Under the pieces are notes generated by a model. That model was not told the DNA's origin, did not search any database, and was given only the letters and a program-made list of their open reading frames with translations. DNA of 64,000 nucleotides from Scenedesmus sp. PABB004 (Eukaryota): positions 1,550,001 to 1,614,000 of the forward strand of contig JABVCE010000005.1 of NCBI GenBank assembly GCA_014905635.1. Direction: 5' to 3'. Made by a program: the position numbers and the translations under genes. This document shows, piece after piece, positions 22,401-35,277 of this stretch. Positions within the stretch are counted from its first letter, which is position 1; each line of letters opens with the position of its first letter.

Positions 22401-25400
22401 GGCGGCCGCTGGCGCGCGAGCCGGAGCTGGACTACGAGGTGATGAGCGACCAGGACTGGGAGGAGGAGCCGGAGGGCGAGAGCCTCTCGGTGGGCGCCCG
22501 CCGCACTCGCGAGCTGGGGACGGCGCGCGGCGGCGCGGCGGCGTGCCGGAGCCGCGCTGCCGCCGAGCGCCCGCACGCCGCGCGATGACGCAGGTGGACG
22601 CCGAGGACGAGGAGGAGGGCGGCCCCACGGAGGGCGAGGAGGAGGAGGAGGGCCAGGGCTTTGTCGTGGGCGACGACTATTTGAGCGACGACGAGGGCCA
22701 GCGCGACGACGGCGACGACCGGCCGGGTGCGCGGCGCCGCGCGCTGCGCCGGCACGGCCGCGGACGGCCGCGTGCGCGCGCGCGCTCGCTGACGGCGCAC
22801 TGGCCCGCGCCGCAGGCGGTAGCGCGCTCGGCGAGCCGGGCGGCGCGCTGGCGGCGCTCGAGGTGGGGCTGGAGCGCGCGCGGGCGCGGGGGCGGCCCGT
22901 GGTGCTGGTCAGCGCCGCCATCTGCCCCCACATGGCCTGGGAGCCGACGTCGAGTGAGCCGGGGGGGCGGGGCGGCCGGCCGCGCGCTGGCTCGCAGCCA
23001 GCGGCGCCGGCCCGCGCTCAGCTCGCCCGGCGGCACGCGCTCAGCCGCGCTGCCCCCCCCCCTGCCCGCCCGCCGGCGCAGGCCTCGAGCCGTCGCTGCT
23101 GGCGAGCCTGCGCGGCAGCGTGCTCACGCCCGGCGCCGTGGCGCAGCCGCCCACGCCCAGCACGCTGCCCCACCTCTTTGGCGCGCGCCCGCCCGCGGCG
23201 GGCGGCGCCGCGGCGGCAGGCGGCGCCGAGCCGGCGGCCGCGGCCGGCGGCGGCGACGCGCCGGGCGGGGGCGCCGCGCCCGCGCACCGCGGCGGCGGCC
23301 GCCCCGCGCTGCCCTTCCCCGACGCGCTGCTGCCGGCGCTCGCGGCGCATGTGCACGGCGCGACGCTGCCGGTCGAGCGCCTCGCCGCCGACTTTGTCGC
23401 GGCCGCCGCGGCGCGGGGGCAGCGCCTCACCAAGGCGCGCGTGCGGGAGAAGATCAAGGAGCTCACCTCCCGCGTCATGCGCGGCAAGGCGCCGCACAGC
23501 GTGCGCCCAGAGTTCATGCACCTCCTGCAGCAGCACGCCGGCGACGCCGGCGACAGCGGCGGCTCCGGCGGCGGCGGCGGCGCGGCGCTGCTGCAGGAGT
23601 CGGCCACGGCGGCGGTGGCGCCCGCGGCGGCGCGCGGCCTGGCGGGCGCCAAGCGCGGCGAGCCGCCCAGCAGCGGCGGCGAGCCACCCGGGGGCGCCGG
23701 CGCGGCGCCGCAGCCGGCGGCCAAGAAGCAGAGGACGCCCGGCGGCATCGAGCGCTTCTTTGGCGCGGGCGGCGGCAGCACGGCCAAGCCCGGCGAGCCG
23801 TGGCAGGAGCAGGAGCAGCCGCAGCAGCAGGCGCCGGTGCAGCAGATGCAGCAGCCGCCGGAGCAGCAGCCGGAGCAGCAGCCTGGCGCCGACACGCCGC
23901 CAGGCACGCCCGGCGGCCGTGGCGGCGGCGAGGACGACGACGTGGCTGGCGGGCTGGGCGGCATCAGCGGCGGGGTGCTGCCCATGCTCACGCCGGCCTC
24001 GGACGCCGACGCGGCGGCGGCGGCGCGGCCCGCGCTGGCCAACAGCCCCGTGCCGTTTGGGATGGGCGGCGGCGGGGCTGTGGGCGACGGCGGCACCGCG
24101 GGCGACGGCGGCGCCGAGCCGGCGCGGCCGCCCGTCAACCGCTGGCACGCGCAGGCCGACTGCCGCGGCATGCGGCTGGAGGGCGGCGACGCGGGCAACG
24201 CGCCGCTGCGTCAGCAGCACGCGGAGATGGGGCAGCAGCCGTTTGGGTTTGACCAGCCACAGGCGCAGCCACAGGCGCAGCCGCAGCTCTCGCCGGCGGC
24301 AAGCAGCGGCCGCGGCGGCGGCGGCGGCGGCGGCGCGAGCAGCAGCGCGGCTGGCCGGCTGCCGCCGCAGCTGCCCGCGGACGGCAGCCCGCCTGGCGTC
24401 GGCTTCTGGCGCCAGCTGGTGCGCCGCGCCGCAGGCGCCCGGCGTGGCGCCCCCGGCCTCCGCCGCGCCGCCCCACCTCACGCCGCCGCCACCGCCGGCC
24501 GCGCCTCGCGTGCCGTGTCCGTCGCAGGAGGCCTGGCTGGTGACCGAGCGCGAGCCGGGCGCCGACGAGCTGGGCCAGGCCTTCCGCGTGTTTGAGCCGC
24601 AGCACCTCGCCGGCGCGGTCGGCGGCATGCCCCAGGCGCGGCGCGGGCCTGCTGCGCTGGGCGGCGCGGCAGCGCGGCAGCGCGGCAGCGCGGCAGCACG
24701 GCAGCGCGCGCGCGGGGCCGCGGCCCCGGCCTGCGCGCCGCCGGCGTCCCGACCGCCCGCGGCTGCCCGGCCGCCTCGCCCCCGCAGATGGTGCTCACGG
24801 TGCTGGTCAAGACGCTCGGCAGCAACGCGGCGGGCCTCAGCATGCGCGCCGCGTGCGCGCGCTGCATCACCGCCACGGCGACCTGCCTGGCGCGCGGCGG
24901 CGGCGCCGCCGGGCCGGCGCCGGGCGGCGCGCCGCCCGCCAGCCGGAGCCCGAGCCCCAGCCCGCGCTCCGCGCCGGTGGAGGTGTCGTTTGAGGAGCTG
25001 TGCGACGAGCCCAAGCTGCTGGACCACCTGCTGCTGGCGACGCGGCCGGACAAGGTGCTCGAAACGGCGCGCGGCCGTGGCAGCGAGGCCGACGCGCGCA
25101 GGCTCGCGCGCGAGGCGGCGGAGTGTCTGCTGGCCATCATCAGGGTGCGGCGCCCGCGGCCGCGCACGCCCCTGCTGCGCCAGGCTGGCGGCGCCGCCGA
25201 TTACCTAGCGCTGGCAGCGCGCGGCGCTGCGCCCCGCGACCTGGCCCGGCGTGGCCGCGGCGCTCACTGCGCGCGGGCGCTCCGCCCGCCCCCGTGCGCG
25301 CAGGTGGGCGTCCCACGGCCGCTGTCGCCGGACGCGCCGCCGCCCAGCGCATCGGCGGCCGCGGCGGCGGCCGCCGTGCGCGCGCGGGTGGCCGGCACGG

Positions 25401-26274
25401 CCGACTGGCGCAATCGGCTGAGGAACTGCGCGGCGCAGACGTGAGTGAGCCGCAGCGCGGCAGCGCGGCGCGCGTGCCCGCAGCTGTCGTGGTGCCCCCC
25501 TGCCCGGCTTTGCCGGTGCGCCGCCCCGCAGCCGCCACCGCAGCCGCTCACCCCTGCGCGCCTGCGCCGCCCCGCCCGCCGTGCAGCTCCGACCGCGCCC
25601 TCGCGGCGAGGGCCCTCATGGCGCTGCACGCGCTGGCCAGCGACGCGCAGGCCGCGCAGCGCCTCAGCTGCTCGCCCCGCATGGCCAAGCTGCTCGTCGC
25701 GGCGGCCGCCGCCACCGCGGAGCGCCGGGGCGCCCAGCGCGCGCAGCTGCGCAAGTGGGGCGTGCTGCTGGCGGCGGCGATGCTGGGCGACGTGCGCGTG
25801 CGCGCGCTCGCGCTGCCTGCGGCGCTGCTGCCGCCGCTGGCGCCGGGCGGCGCCCAGGAGGTGGAGGCGCTGGAGAACCTGGCGGCCCTCGCGGCGGGGG
25901 AGCTCGCCAGGCCGGACGCGGAGCTCGCGGCGCCGGGCCCCGACCGCGCGCTGCACGCGGCGGCGCTCGACGTCGCGGGCGCGGTGCTGGGCTGCCTGCT
26001 CCAGCTGGAGCGGCTGCCGCCGCGGCTGGAGGCGGTGCTCGACACCTCGCCGCCGGGCGACGGCGAGGACGAGACGCTCGCGGGCGCGCTGCGCGGCGCC
26101 GCGGCGCAGACGGCGTGGCCGGAGGCCGCGGCGCGCGCGGCGGCGCTGCTGGCAAGCATGGAGGAGGGCGAGGAGGAGGAGGAGGCGGCGGCGGAGGGTG
26201 AGGAGGAGGAGGAGCAGGAGGAGGAGGAGGAGGGCGGCGGCGGCGACGCGGCCATGGGGGAGGCCGGCTGGTGA
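19488..26274 (+). CDS. FAS1: Chromatin assembly factor 1 large subunit (FAS1/p150-like), multi-exon
   Basis: PIP-like MTKIDAFF, RKSYG..WRWELR, a K/E/R-rich coiled region, RPAYYGS..PLAREPELDYEVMSDQDWEEEPEGESLS and GFVVGDDYLSDDEG. The 3' extent beyond about 24400 is inferred from splice-site continuity. Confidence 0.82.
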
Positions 26275-26451
26275 GCAGCCACGCGGCGGCGACACGCCGG
26301 CGGCACGCGGCGCGCGAGTTCGGGGGAGGCAGTCAGTTGCCGCTCTCTCTGCGTCTGCAACAGGCACACGACTCCGTCCTGCGCGCCTCAGGCCCTCTCG
26401 CTCGCCCGCCTCGGCTCCGCTCGCCGTCCGGCCGGCCCTGCTGCGCGTCAG

Positions 26452-27032
26452 TCAGCACGGCGGCCGGTACTCGCCCGCGTACTGCTTGCCCGGCTGCGAC
26501 GGCAGGCACTCCCCGGTGCAGCGCTTGTTCGCCGCAAAAAGCTCGTGTGGCATGCCGGTGACGCCGCAGTGCCTGCCGGCGGCGCGCGGCGCGCGGCGCG
26601 CGGCGGCGCCGTGAGCGTGAGCAGCGTGCGCGCGCTGCGCACGCTGCGGCAGGCCCCCGCGCTCGCTCGCTCGCCGCCTCACTTGCAGTGCGCAAAGAGC
26701 TCCTTGCGCTGCGAGTAGTAGCTGATGCGCCGGTTGCCGCGGCGGTGCAGCGAGAGCTTGTTCTTGGGCTCGCCGCACAGCGACGGCGGCGGCGCGCCCG
26801 GCGCCTGCTGCTGCTGCTGCTGCTGCAGCTGCTGCTCCTCCCCGCCGGCCGGCGGCTGCGGCCGGCCCGGCGTGCCGGCACCACCGCTGCCACCGGCGGC
26901 CTCGCCGTCGGCCCGCGGCGGCGGCGCGCCCAGCAGCGCGTGCAGCGAGCCCAGGCGCCGCCAGCCGGCCGCCGCCGCTGCCGCCGCGTGCTGCGGCGCG
27001 GCGCCGCGCCGCGCCGCCGCCAGCGCCTGCAT
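26452..27032 (-). CDS. Probable organellar (mitochondrial) ribosomal protein bL32-like
   Basis: Presequence, then PKNKLSLHRRGNRR..HCK/HCGVTGMPH (CxxCG..PH) across one intron of about 26572-26682. Confidence 0.62.
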
Positions 27033-27406
27033 CCGGGTGTGCCCGGTGCTGCTGCGGTGCGATGCGCGGGCTGGCGCCGGCGCTGGGCGACCAGGGAGGG
27101 CGCTGGAGGCGAGTGATGGGCGGCGCTGCTGCTGGTGATGGTGGTGCTGGTGCTGGTGGTGCTGGTGCTGCGCGACCGGCTGGCTGCAGAGATGTGAGGG
27201 CGCAGTCAGTGCGCGCGCCGGCGCGACCAGCGAGGCGCCGCGCGCTCCGCGGTTCGCGAACGTCGCGGCCGCGGGCTGGATCGTCGACCCGGCTGCGCAT
27301 CCTGCGCCCCCGCACGCCCACCAGCACCCGAGCATATCGCGCTGCGGCAGCAGCAGCACCAGCAGCAGCAGCACCAGAGCACCACAGCAGCACCGCAGCA
27401 GCAATC

Positions 27407-28577
27407 ATGGCGCTCGCCTCGCGCCAGGCCACGTCGGCGGTCCGGAGCACCTCAGCGCGCCGCCCCGGCAGCAGCGGCGCCGTGCGCGCGCGCGTGGCGG
27501 CTGCGGCGGCGCCGCGCGAGCAGCAGGTGCGCGGCAGCGGCGCGGCGGGCGCCGCCCGCGCCCGCGCCGGCGGCCGGGGCCGCCCCTGGGGGCCCCGGGG
27601 CGCCGCCCCGCCAATGGGGCCCACGCGCTGCCGCCGGGGCCGCCGCGCAGGCGCCGCTGGCGGAGCGCCTCGCGCCGGCGCTGCTCGCCGCGGTGGTCGC
27701 GCTCTCGTCCGGCACGGCGCTCGACGCGCCGCCCGCGCGCGCCGACGAGGAGGTGCGCGCGCCGCGGCGGGCGTGGGCGGCGGCGCTCTGCCGCGCCGCT
27801 CGGCGAGCCTGCCTCCACACGCCGGCGCTGCTGCTGGCCGCCCCCGCCCCCCCCCCCCCCCCAAAGGCAATGAGCCCCTACCAGAAGCGCCAGGTGGAGA
27901 TGGAGAAGCGCCGCATGATGCTGCGCGAGGCGTGAGTCGCGCGCGCACGAGAGAGGCGCGGCCGCGCGCGCGGCGGCCGGCGCCCGGGCGCGCGCCGCGC
28001 ACACGCCCGCGCGCGCTCGCGCGCCGCCGCAGGCGCGAGAAGGCCGCCGCGCGCGCCGAGGGTGGCGCGCCCGCGGCGGCGCCCGCGGCGGCGCCCGCGC
28101 CGGAGGCGGCCAAGCCCGCGGAGCCGGCCAAGACCGACTTTGCGTCCCAGGCGGCGCGGCTACGCAAGGAGAGCCTCAAGACGTATGAGAAGGAGGCCAA
28201 GAAGAGCCCCGCCAAGCCGGCCGCGCCGGAGCCGGAGCCGGAGGTGCGCGGCGGGGCGTGGGCGCGGCCGCAGCGGGGGCGGGGCACGGTCGGCGCGCCT
28301 GCGCGGGCGCCACCCTGAGCGCCGCCGCCGCCGGCGCCGCCGCCGCCGCCGCAGAGCTCGGCCCCGCTGTTCGGCGGCTTCAGCTTTGGCAAGCCGGCAG
28401 AGGCGCCCGCGCCCGCCGCGCCCGCGCCCGCCGCGCCCGCGCCCGCCGCGCCCGCACCCGCCGCGCCGGCCGCCGCGCCGCGCGCGTTCAGCGCGCCGGC
28501 CGACCCGTGGCGCGCCGCGCCCGCGCCCGCGGCCAAGCCCGCGCCCGCGCCGACGCCCGCGCCGGCGGCCAAGCCGG

Positions 28578-28608
<31 letters not shown>

Positions 28609-29055
28609 GCCGGTCGTGCCCGTGCCCGTCCCGGTCCCGGTGCCGGCGCCCGCGGCCGTGCAGAAGGCGGCGCCCGCGCCCGCCAAGGTGCGCCGGACGC
28701 GGCGGCGGCGCCGGGCGTGCGGCAGCGGCGTGCGGCGCTGCGCGCCGCGCGTCGCCCCGCCCTGCCCCACCGCCGCGCCACCTCCCCGCCTCGCCCCGCC
28801 CCCGTCTCCCTCCCTCCCTCCCTCCGCCAGGCGGTGGAGGCCAAGAAGGCGCCCGCGCCGGCGCGCGCGGGCAAGCGCCGCGGGCCGCTGCCGCTGTGGT
28901 TTGCGGAGCTGCTCGTGCTGGGCAGCTACGCGGGCCTCTTCCTCGCGTCGACCAAGTTCTCGGCCCAGAGCGGCGAGCTGCTCAAGGCCGCGGGCAAGGC
29001 GCTGGGCGCCGCGTACGGCGCGGCCGAGAAGCTGACCAAGGGCGGCTCCGCCTGA
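27407..29055 (+). CDS. Hypothetical plastid/thylakoid protein with a Pro/Ala-rich linker and a C-terminal TM helix
   Basis: Transit-like N-terminus, hydrophobic LAPALLAAVVAL..PARA signal, (PA)n region and LPLWFAELLVLGSYAGLFLA. Consistent GT-AG introns. Confidence 0.7.
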
Positions 29056-29282
29056 GCACGCGGTCCGGGGCTCGGGGGCTGGGCGGCTCGGGGGCTGACT
29101 CTGTGTGACTAAGCAGCTGATCGAGCACGACTCAGCTGACGGTCGAGCGCTGCCAGCGCGGCGGCGACACAGGGTCACCGCCGCCGCGCACAGGCGCAAC
29201 TCTCAACGCGCGCTCGCTCAAACACAATCGCAATCCCCGCTCCCCCCGCACGCCCTGCGTCCTGCCGCCGCCGCGCTCGCCC

Positions 29283-32200
29283 TCACCAGTCCAGGCGCGC
29301 GAGCGCGTGCGCCGCGGTGCGGCCGGCCCGCTCGCTCGCGAGGCGCGCATACATGACCGGGCACTCCCCGTTCTCGCACAGCACGGCGCCAAACTGGCAG
29401 CCGCTGCCGCAGCGGCGGCACGCCGAGTGCGCGGCCGCGAGGCGCGCCGCCGCGCCGCCCGCCTCGGCCGTCAGCGCGACGAGCACGGCCGCGCGCGTGC
29501 CGGGCTCGCGCGCGCACGCGTCGCAGAGGCCCGGCGCTGCGCCGCCCGCGCCCGGCCCCGCCGCGGGCGCGCGCATCGCGCGCTTGCAGGCGAGGCACTG
29601 CGGCAGGGTGGCAAAAAAGTGCTTCATGTTGCCCTGCTGCTTGCCGCCGCCCGCGGCCCTGCCAGCGCCGCGGCCGCCCCGCCCGCCGCGGCCAGGGCTC
29701 GCCCCGGCGCCGCGGCTCGGGCCGGCGCCGCCGCCGCCGCCGCCGCCCGGCGCGGGCAGCAGGTCGCTCGCCACGACCGACGCGCCCGCCTTGAGCTGCG
29801 TGTGGGGCCCGGTGAGCAGCGCCTGCAGCGCCGCGGGCGCCAGCACGGTCGCAAAGATCTCCTGCGGCGGCGGCGGCGGCGGCGGCGACGGTCACGTGAA
29901 TGTCCCTCCCCCGCGCGCGCCCCGCGCGCCCCCGCCGCACACCCACCTTGAGGGGAGCCTGCAGCTTGTTGGTCCTGCGGCGGCGGCGCGGCGCGTGCTG
30001 GGCGCGTGCTGGGGTGCGTGCTGGGGTGCGTGCTGGGCGCGCGCTGGGCGCGGCGCGTGGGGCGCGGGCCCGGCGCTGCGCCGCGGGCGCAGCGCAGCAG
30101 CACACCAATACAGGGAGTAGTTTGGCGACAGCCCCGCCAGCGCGGCCGTGAGCGGGTCCTCCGCCGCGTCGTCCTGGGTCTTGGCGCCTGCCGGCGCGCC
30201 GCGCGCAGCCCCCGGGGGGCGGGCAGGCGGGCGGGGGCTGGGCGCGAGCCCGCACGCGCGCGCCGCGCCGTGCTGCGCTGGCACCGGCGCCGTGTCGGCG
30301 GCCGCTCACCGGCGAGCAGCACGTAGGAGAGGCGCTCGCCCAGCACAAAGCGCTTGCGTGGGTCGCGCTGGCTCAGCCGCACCGCCAGGCTCGCGTGGGG
30401 GCCCTTCACCTCCTCCTCGCCGCCGCCGGCGCCGCCGGCGCCGCCGTGCGCCGCGGCCTCGAGCTGGTCGCCCGTGACGCGCCACAGGCCTCCCGTCATG
30501 GCCAGCTCGTCGACGCGCACGTCGCCCGACAGCAAACGGGCGATTTCGGACTGCGCAAAGCTGACCGCGCCAGGGACGTCGTCGTGCATGACGATGCGAT
30601 CGACCGCGCCCTGCCGTGTTTAGACGTCCCCGCCGCCGGCGCGGCGGGCGTGGCGGCCGCGCGTGGGGCGGCGCAGGTCCGGCGGCGCGAGCGAGCCGGG
30701 GCGAGGCCCGGCCGGCAGCGCGCCGCGCGGATCGCCGCGCCGCGCGTCCGCACCGTGAGCGTCGTCTGCAGCAGTGGCGCCGACTGGCGCCACACGGCCT
30801 TGACGCCCTTGATCAGCAGCTCCCCCGCCCCGGCCTCGGCGGCGGCCGCGGACGAGAAGGAGCGGCCCGCGTAGCGGTTGACGTGGAGCAGCATGAACGG
30901 CGCGCAGACGCGCTCAAACTTCAGCTCCATCGGCGGCGGCAGCCCGCGGGTGACCAGCGCCGCCGCGGCCTCGCCCACGGGCACGGCCTCGGCCGGCGAC
31001 GCCGCGGGGAGGTGGACGAACACGCTGTCCGTCTGCGCGTAGATCACGCGCCCGCCCGCGGCGCACGGCCCGAGCGCGCCGTCGCGCAGCGCGGCGGTGA
31101 TGGTTTCGATGGCGCCGCGGCACGCCGCCGCGCCGAGCGCGAGGCACGCGTCCGCGAGCGGGACGCACTGCAGCATCGACGCGCCCGCGCCTGCGCCGAC
31201 GGACGGGCTCAGCGGCGGCCGCGCCGGCTCGAGGCGAGGGGCGGGACGACGGCCAGGCGGGGCGGCCCCAGCGCGCGCTGGGGGCTCGGGCGCAGCGCCG
31301 CACCTGTGAAGCCGTAGAGGGCGTTGGCGGTCGTCTTGAGTGCCTTCTGCCGGCCGTCCAGCACCGCCGCGCGCGCCACGAGCTGCGCCGCGGTCGCCCC
31401 GCCGCCGCCGCCCGGCGCCGGGGCCGGCCCACCGCCGCGCTCGCGCTCCCGCGCCGCCGCGAGCTGCTGCTGGGCCGCCTTGAGCGCGGCGCGCGTCGTC
31501 GCGCGCGCGCCGACGAGCGCCGAGAGAATGGAGGGCAACACGCCGGGCGAGGTGCTTGGCTTAACAAAGGCGGCGCCCGTGGGCGCGACCGTGACCTCGT
31601 CCAGCGGGAGCCGCGCCACGTCGTCCGGGTGCAGCAGCGTGGTGTAGCACAGGTTGTGCGCGCTGCGCGGAGGCAGAGGCGGCAGAGGAGGCGGTCACGT
31701 GTGCGGCACCGGCGGCGGCGTGGGCCGGCGTGGGATCGGCAGCGGGGGGGGGGGGGGGGAGCGCCGCCGCCGCCGCCAGCGGCTGGCACTGCCAGCCAGC
31801 GGCAGTCTGGGGCGCGTGCGCACCGGTAGAGGCTCGGGTAGAGGCTGCCGGGGGGGGGGGGGGGGTGGGGCGGTGGCGGGGCGGCGGCGGCGGCGCAGCG
31901 CGTCGCTCGAGTCGGGCGCGGCGCGGCGCGGCGCGGCCAGCGCGCGCGGCCGGCCCCCGGCGCCGCGCCGCGCGCGCCTGGCAAAGTCGAGCGTCGCAAC
32001 CGCGCCGGTGCGGTAGAGCCCCGCCGTGCCGGCGTCGATCGGGTGCAGCAGGAAGGGCGACTCAGCGCACGACGCGGCGGGCGTGCGCCCAGAGATGATG
32101 AAGCCGCGCCGCGCCGCGCAGCGCAGCAGCAGGCTCCAGGTGCGGATCATCTGGGCCTGGTAGAGCACTGCGCGCGCGCGGGTGGCGCGCGGCGGGCGCG

Positions 32201-34903
32201 GGGCTCGGGGCTCGGGGACCGCCGGCGCGGCGCGCGGGCGGGCGGGGCCCTTTGTCTGCGCGCCGCGCCCGTGCCAAGAGCTCTGCGCGCCGCGCGCGTG
32301 CCCGCACCCACCCTGGTTGAGCGTGAGCCCCGTGGCGCGGGCGAGCTCGTAGGTGTCGGCGACGCTCGCCAGGCGGTCGAGGAGGCGCGACACGACGGCG
32401 CAGCGCGACACGGCGTGGCGCGCGAGGCGCAGCCCCGCCGCGACGAACGGCAGCTGCTCCGGCGCGACGCCGGCGCAGTCGGGGGAGGCGCCGCCGGCGC
32501 CGGCGCCGGCGCAGGTGCCACCCCCCTCGGCCGGCGGCGGCGTCGCGGCGAGCTGCTGCTGCAGGCCGGCGAGCACGTGGGGCGGCAGGACCTCGAGCGT
32601 GGCGTCAAGCAGGCTCTGGGCGCAGTCGACGAGCGTGAAGGTCGACAGGCCCTGGCTGGTCAGCACCTGGCGCAGGACGTCCAGCACCATGCGGCCCTGC
32701 AGGCCCTCAGCCCTGAACGTCTCCTGCGAGCGACGGCGCACGCGGGCGCGGCGTCACGCCGCGCCGCGCGGGGCGGCCGCGCCGCCGGCGCCCGAGCCGC
32801 ATCGCGCCAGCAACCAGGCGCCCCGCCGCGCGCGCCTGGTTGCTCGTGCTGGCCATTCGCGACTGGGACTTCACCCACGCGACGCTGCGGCGGGCGTGGC
32901 GGTCAGCCTGTCGCGGGCCGCAACGCGCGCCCCCTCCCGCGCTGCCCCGCCCCGCGCCCCGCTCACTTGTACATCACCACCGACTTGGTGCTGAGGCCGC
33001 GGCTCGCGCGGCGCACGGCGCGGCTGAGGTGGCACGCGCCGCCGTCAAGGCCGAGCGCGGCGAAGCGCGCCGCCAGGGCGCCCAGGGTGTCGCGCACCTG
33101 CGCGACGCGGCGCGTGCGTGGGAGGGAGGGCGGAGCGGCGGCCGCAGCGCGCGGCGCCCTAGGGGGCCAGCGCCAGCACGTGCACGTGCTGGCGCTGGCT
33201 GCGGCCACGTGGCCGCACCTGAAACACAGAGATGCAGTCCGGGTCCTCCGCCGCGGTCCAGTCCCTCCACGCCAGCAGCAGGGCCGCCTCGTCGGCAAAG
33301 AGCCGCACCTCGACGCCCTCCGCGGCCAGTGTGTGTCGCGGCAGCGCCGCCAGCGCGGCGGCGCCGGCGAGCACAAAGGCCAGCCGCCTCGGCGGCCCGC
33401 GCGGCGGCGCGCCGCCGCCGGCGTGCGCGAGCTGGCAGGCAATGGCGACGACGGGGTCGCCCGTGGGGTCGCAGCTGCGCGCCGCGCCGTCCGCGGGGGC
33501 CAGCAGGACGTCCAGCACCAACAGCTTGAGCGGCGCGATGTCTCCCGCCGCCGCAGCGGCGGCCGCTGCGACGAGCTCCGGCGGCGGCGCGGCCAGCTGC
33601 GCGAGCACCGGCGGCCGCCAGTCGGGCTCGGCCAGCTGCGTCGCGTCGGGCGTGAGGCTGTGCAGGCAGCGCCAGCCCGCCACCACCTCCACGTCGCACG
33701 TGCTGCGCCGCCGCGGGCCGGGCGGCACCCACTCCAGCGGCGGCGGCGGCGGCGGCGGCGCTCCGCCGCCGGCTCCGTCGGCCGCCGCGCCGCCCGCCGT
33801 CTCCGCTGCCGGCGGCCCCACCCACAGCCAGGAGCCGCCAGAGAGGCTGGTCTCGCAGAGGAAGCGAGTGAGCGGCTTGACCTGCAGGCGGCGGCGCGGC
33901 GCGGCGGCGCGGCCCCGCGCGTCAGATGAGCTCGCCCGCCGCTGCGCGCGCCCGCCGCAGCGTGCCGCCGCCGTCGCCGCCCCGCCGCAGGCCGCGGGCC
34001 GCACGCACGTCTGCGTCGTATGCCTCACAGCCGCGCGCGCGCCACGAAAACCCGGCGACCTCCAACGCGCCCGCGCCGGCGAGGCGCTCGACGTGGCCCG
34101 CCGCCTTCTTCGCGCCGCCGCCGCCGCCCGGCTCGAGCACGAGCCGCAGGACGGGCGCGCCGCGCGGCGCGTCGGGCCGGTAAAACATGATCGGCCGCCG
34201 TGCCGCGACGCACAGCGACGACACGCGGCAGTCCGCCGGCAGCCTGCATGCGCAGCGGGGCGCGGCGCGGCGCGCGGCTCGGCGAGAGCCGAGATGCGCC
34301 CACTGCGCCCCGCGCCGCGCCGCGCCGCGATGCGGACCTGGCGTTGAGCAGCACGCGCAGGCGCTCCAGGTCGGCGGGCTCGGGGTCGCGCGCCTCGCCG
34401 CCACCATCGCCGCCGGGCTGCTCCACCGTCGGCGCGGTCAGCCAGAAGCTCTGCGCGTAGTCGGGGACCACCACCAGGGCGGTGCGCCCGTCCCAGGCCT
34501 TGCCCCACAGCTGCACCGTGCCGCCGCTCGCTTCTGTGACGTCGGTGAGCATCAGCGCCAGCCCTGCGGCGGCGCATCGTGTCGGAGGGTGGGGGGGCTT
34601 GTGGCTTTGGCCGCCCGCGCCGGCCGGCGCGCCGCATGCGGGCAGCGGCGGGCGCAACAGCGGCGCAGCTGCTGCGCCGCTGCCGCTGCTGCCGGCGCCC
34701 ATGCCTCCGCCCGCGAGCAACCGCTTCCTGGCCACTTCCTGGCCACGACGCCTGCGTGGACCTGCCGAGCGCGCCGCGGACCGCCTCCACGCACCTGGCG
34801 GGCTGTCGGCGCCGCCGCTGCCGCTGCTGTCGCCGCCAGCATCGCCGCCGCCGACGCGCGGCCGCTTGGCCGCGGGCGCCTCCCGGGGGCCCGGCGGCTC
34901 CAT
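29283..34903 (-). CDS. Family B DNA polymerase, divergent Pol delta catalytic-subunit-like
   Basis: LDFASLYPSLYRAHNLCYTT, RQKALKTTANALYGFTG, RVIYAQTDSVFV, MELKFE, HVNRYAG, IKGVKAV, and C-terminal CLAC..CDAC and CRRC..CENGEC. Confidence 0.92.
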
Positions 34904-35277
34904 GTCGACGAGCGGCGCCGCTGTGTTGTGTGGCGGGCGTGGCCCGCCGTGCGGCAGCACGCCGCGCGGCGCCGCGCCGTCCCGCCCAGAAACCTTCGGC
35001 GCTTTTGGCTCGCCCCGCGGCGGGCAGCTTGCTGCTCTGCCTCGCCTGCCCGTCTGGGAGGCCGCCTGTCCGCGGGCCGGCTGCGGCGGGCCGAACCGCC
35101 GGCTGTAGCGCGTCGCGCTGCGGCCCTGGAGAGGCCGCCGGCGGGCTGTCGCCCTCCCCACTCCCTCCCCTCCTCTCACTCGCCGCTTCCCAGGCAGCAC
35201 GCGCCCAGGCCCGCCCAGGGAAGCCCACGCCGCCAGCGCGCGCGCGCCGCTCCTGCCGCGCCCGCAGCCGGGGCCCC

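Noticed and set aside
29283..34903. Viral or Polinton PolB insertion
   Set aside because: Intron-rich, host-like composition, cellular CysA/CysB tail, and no viral neighbours or terminal repeats
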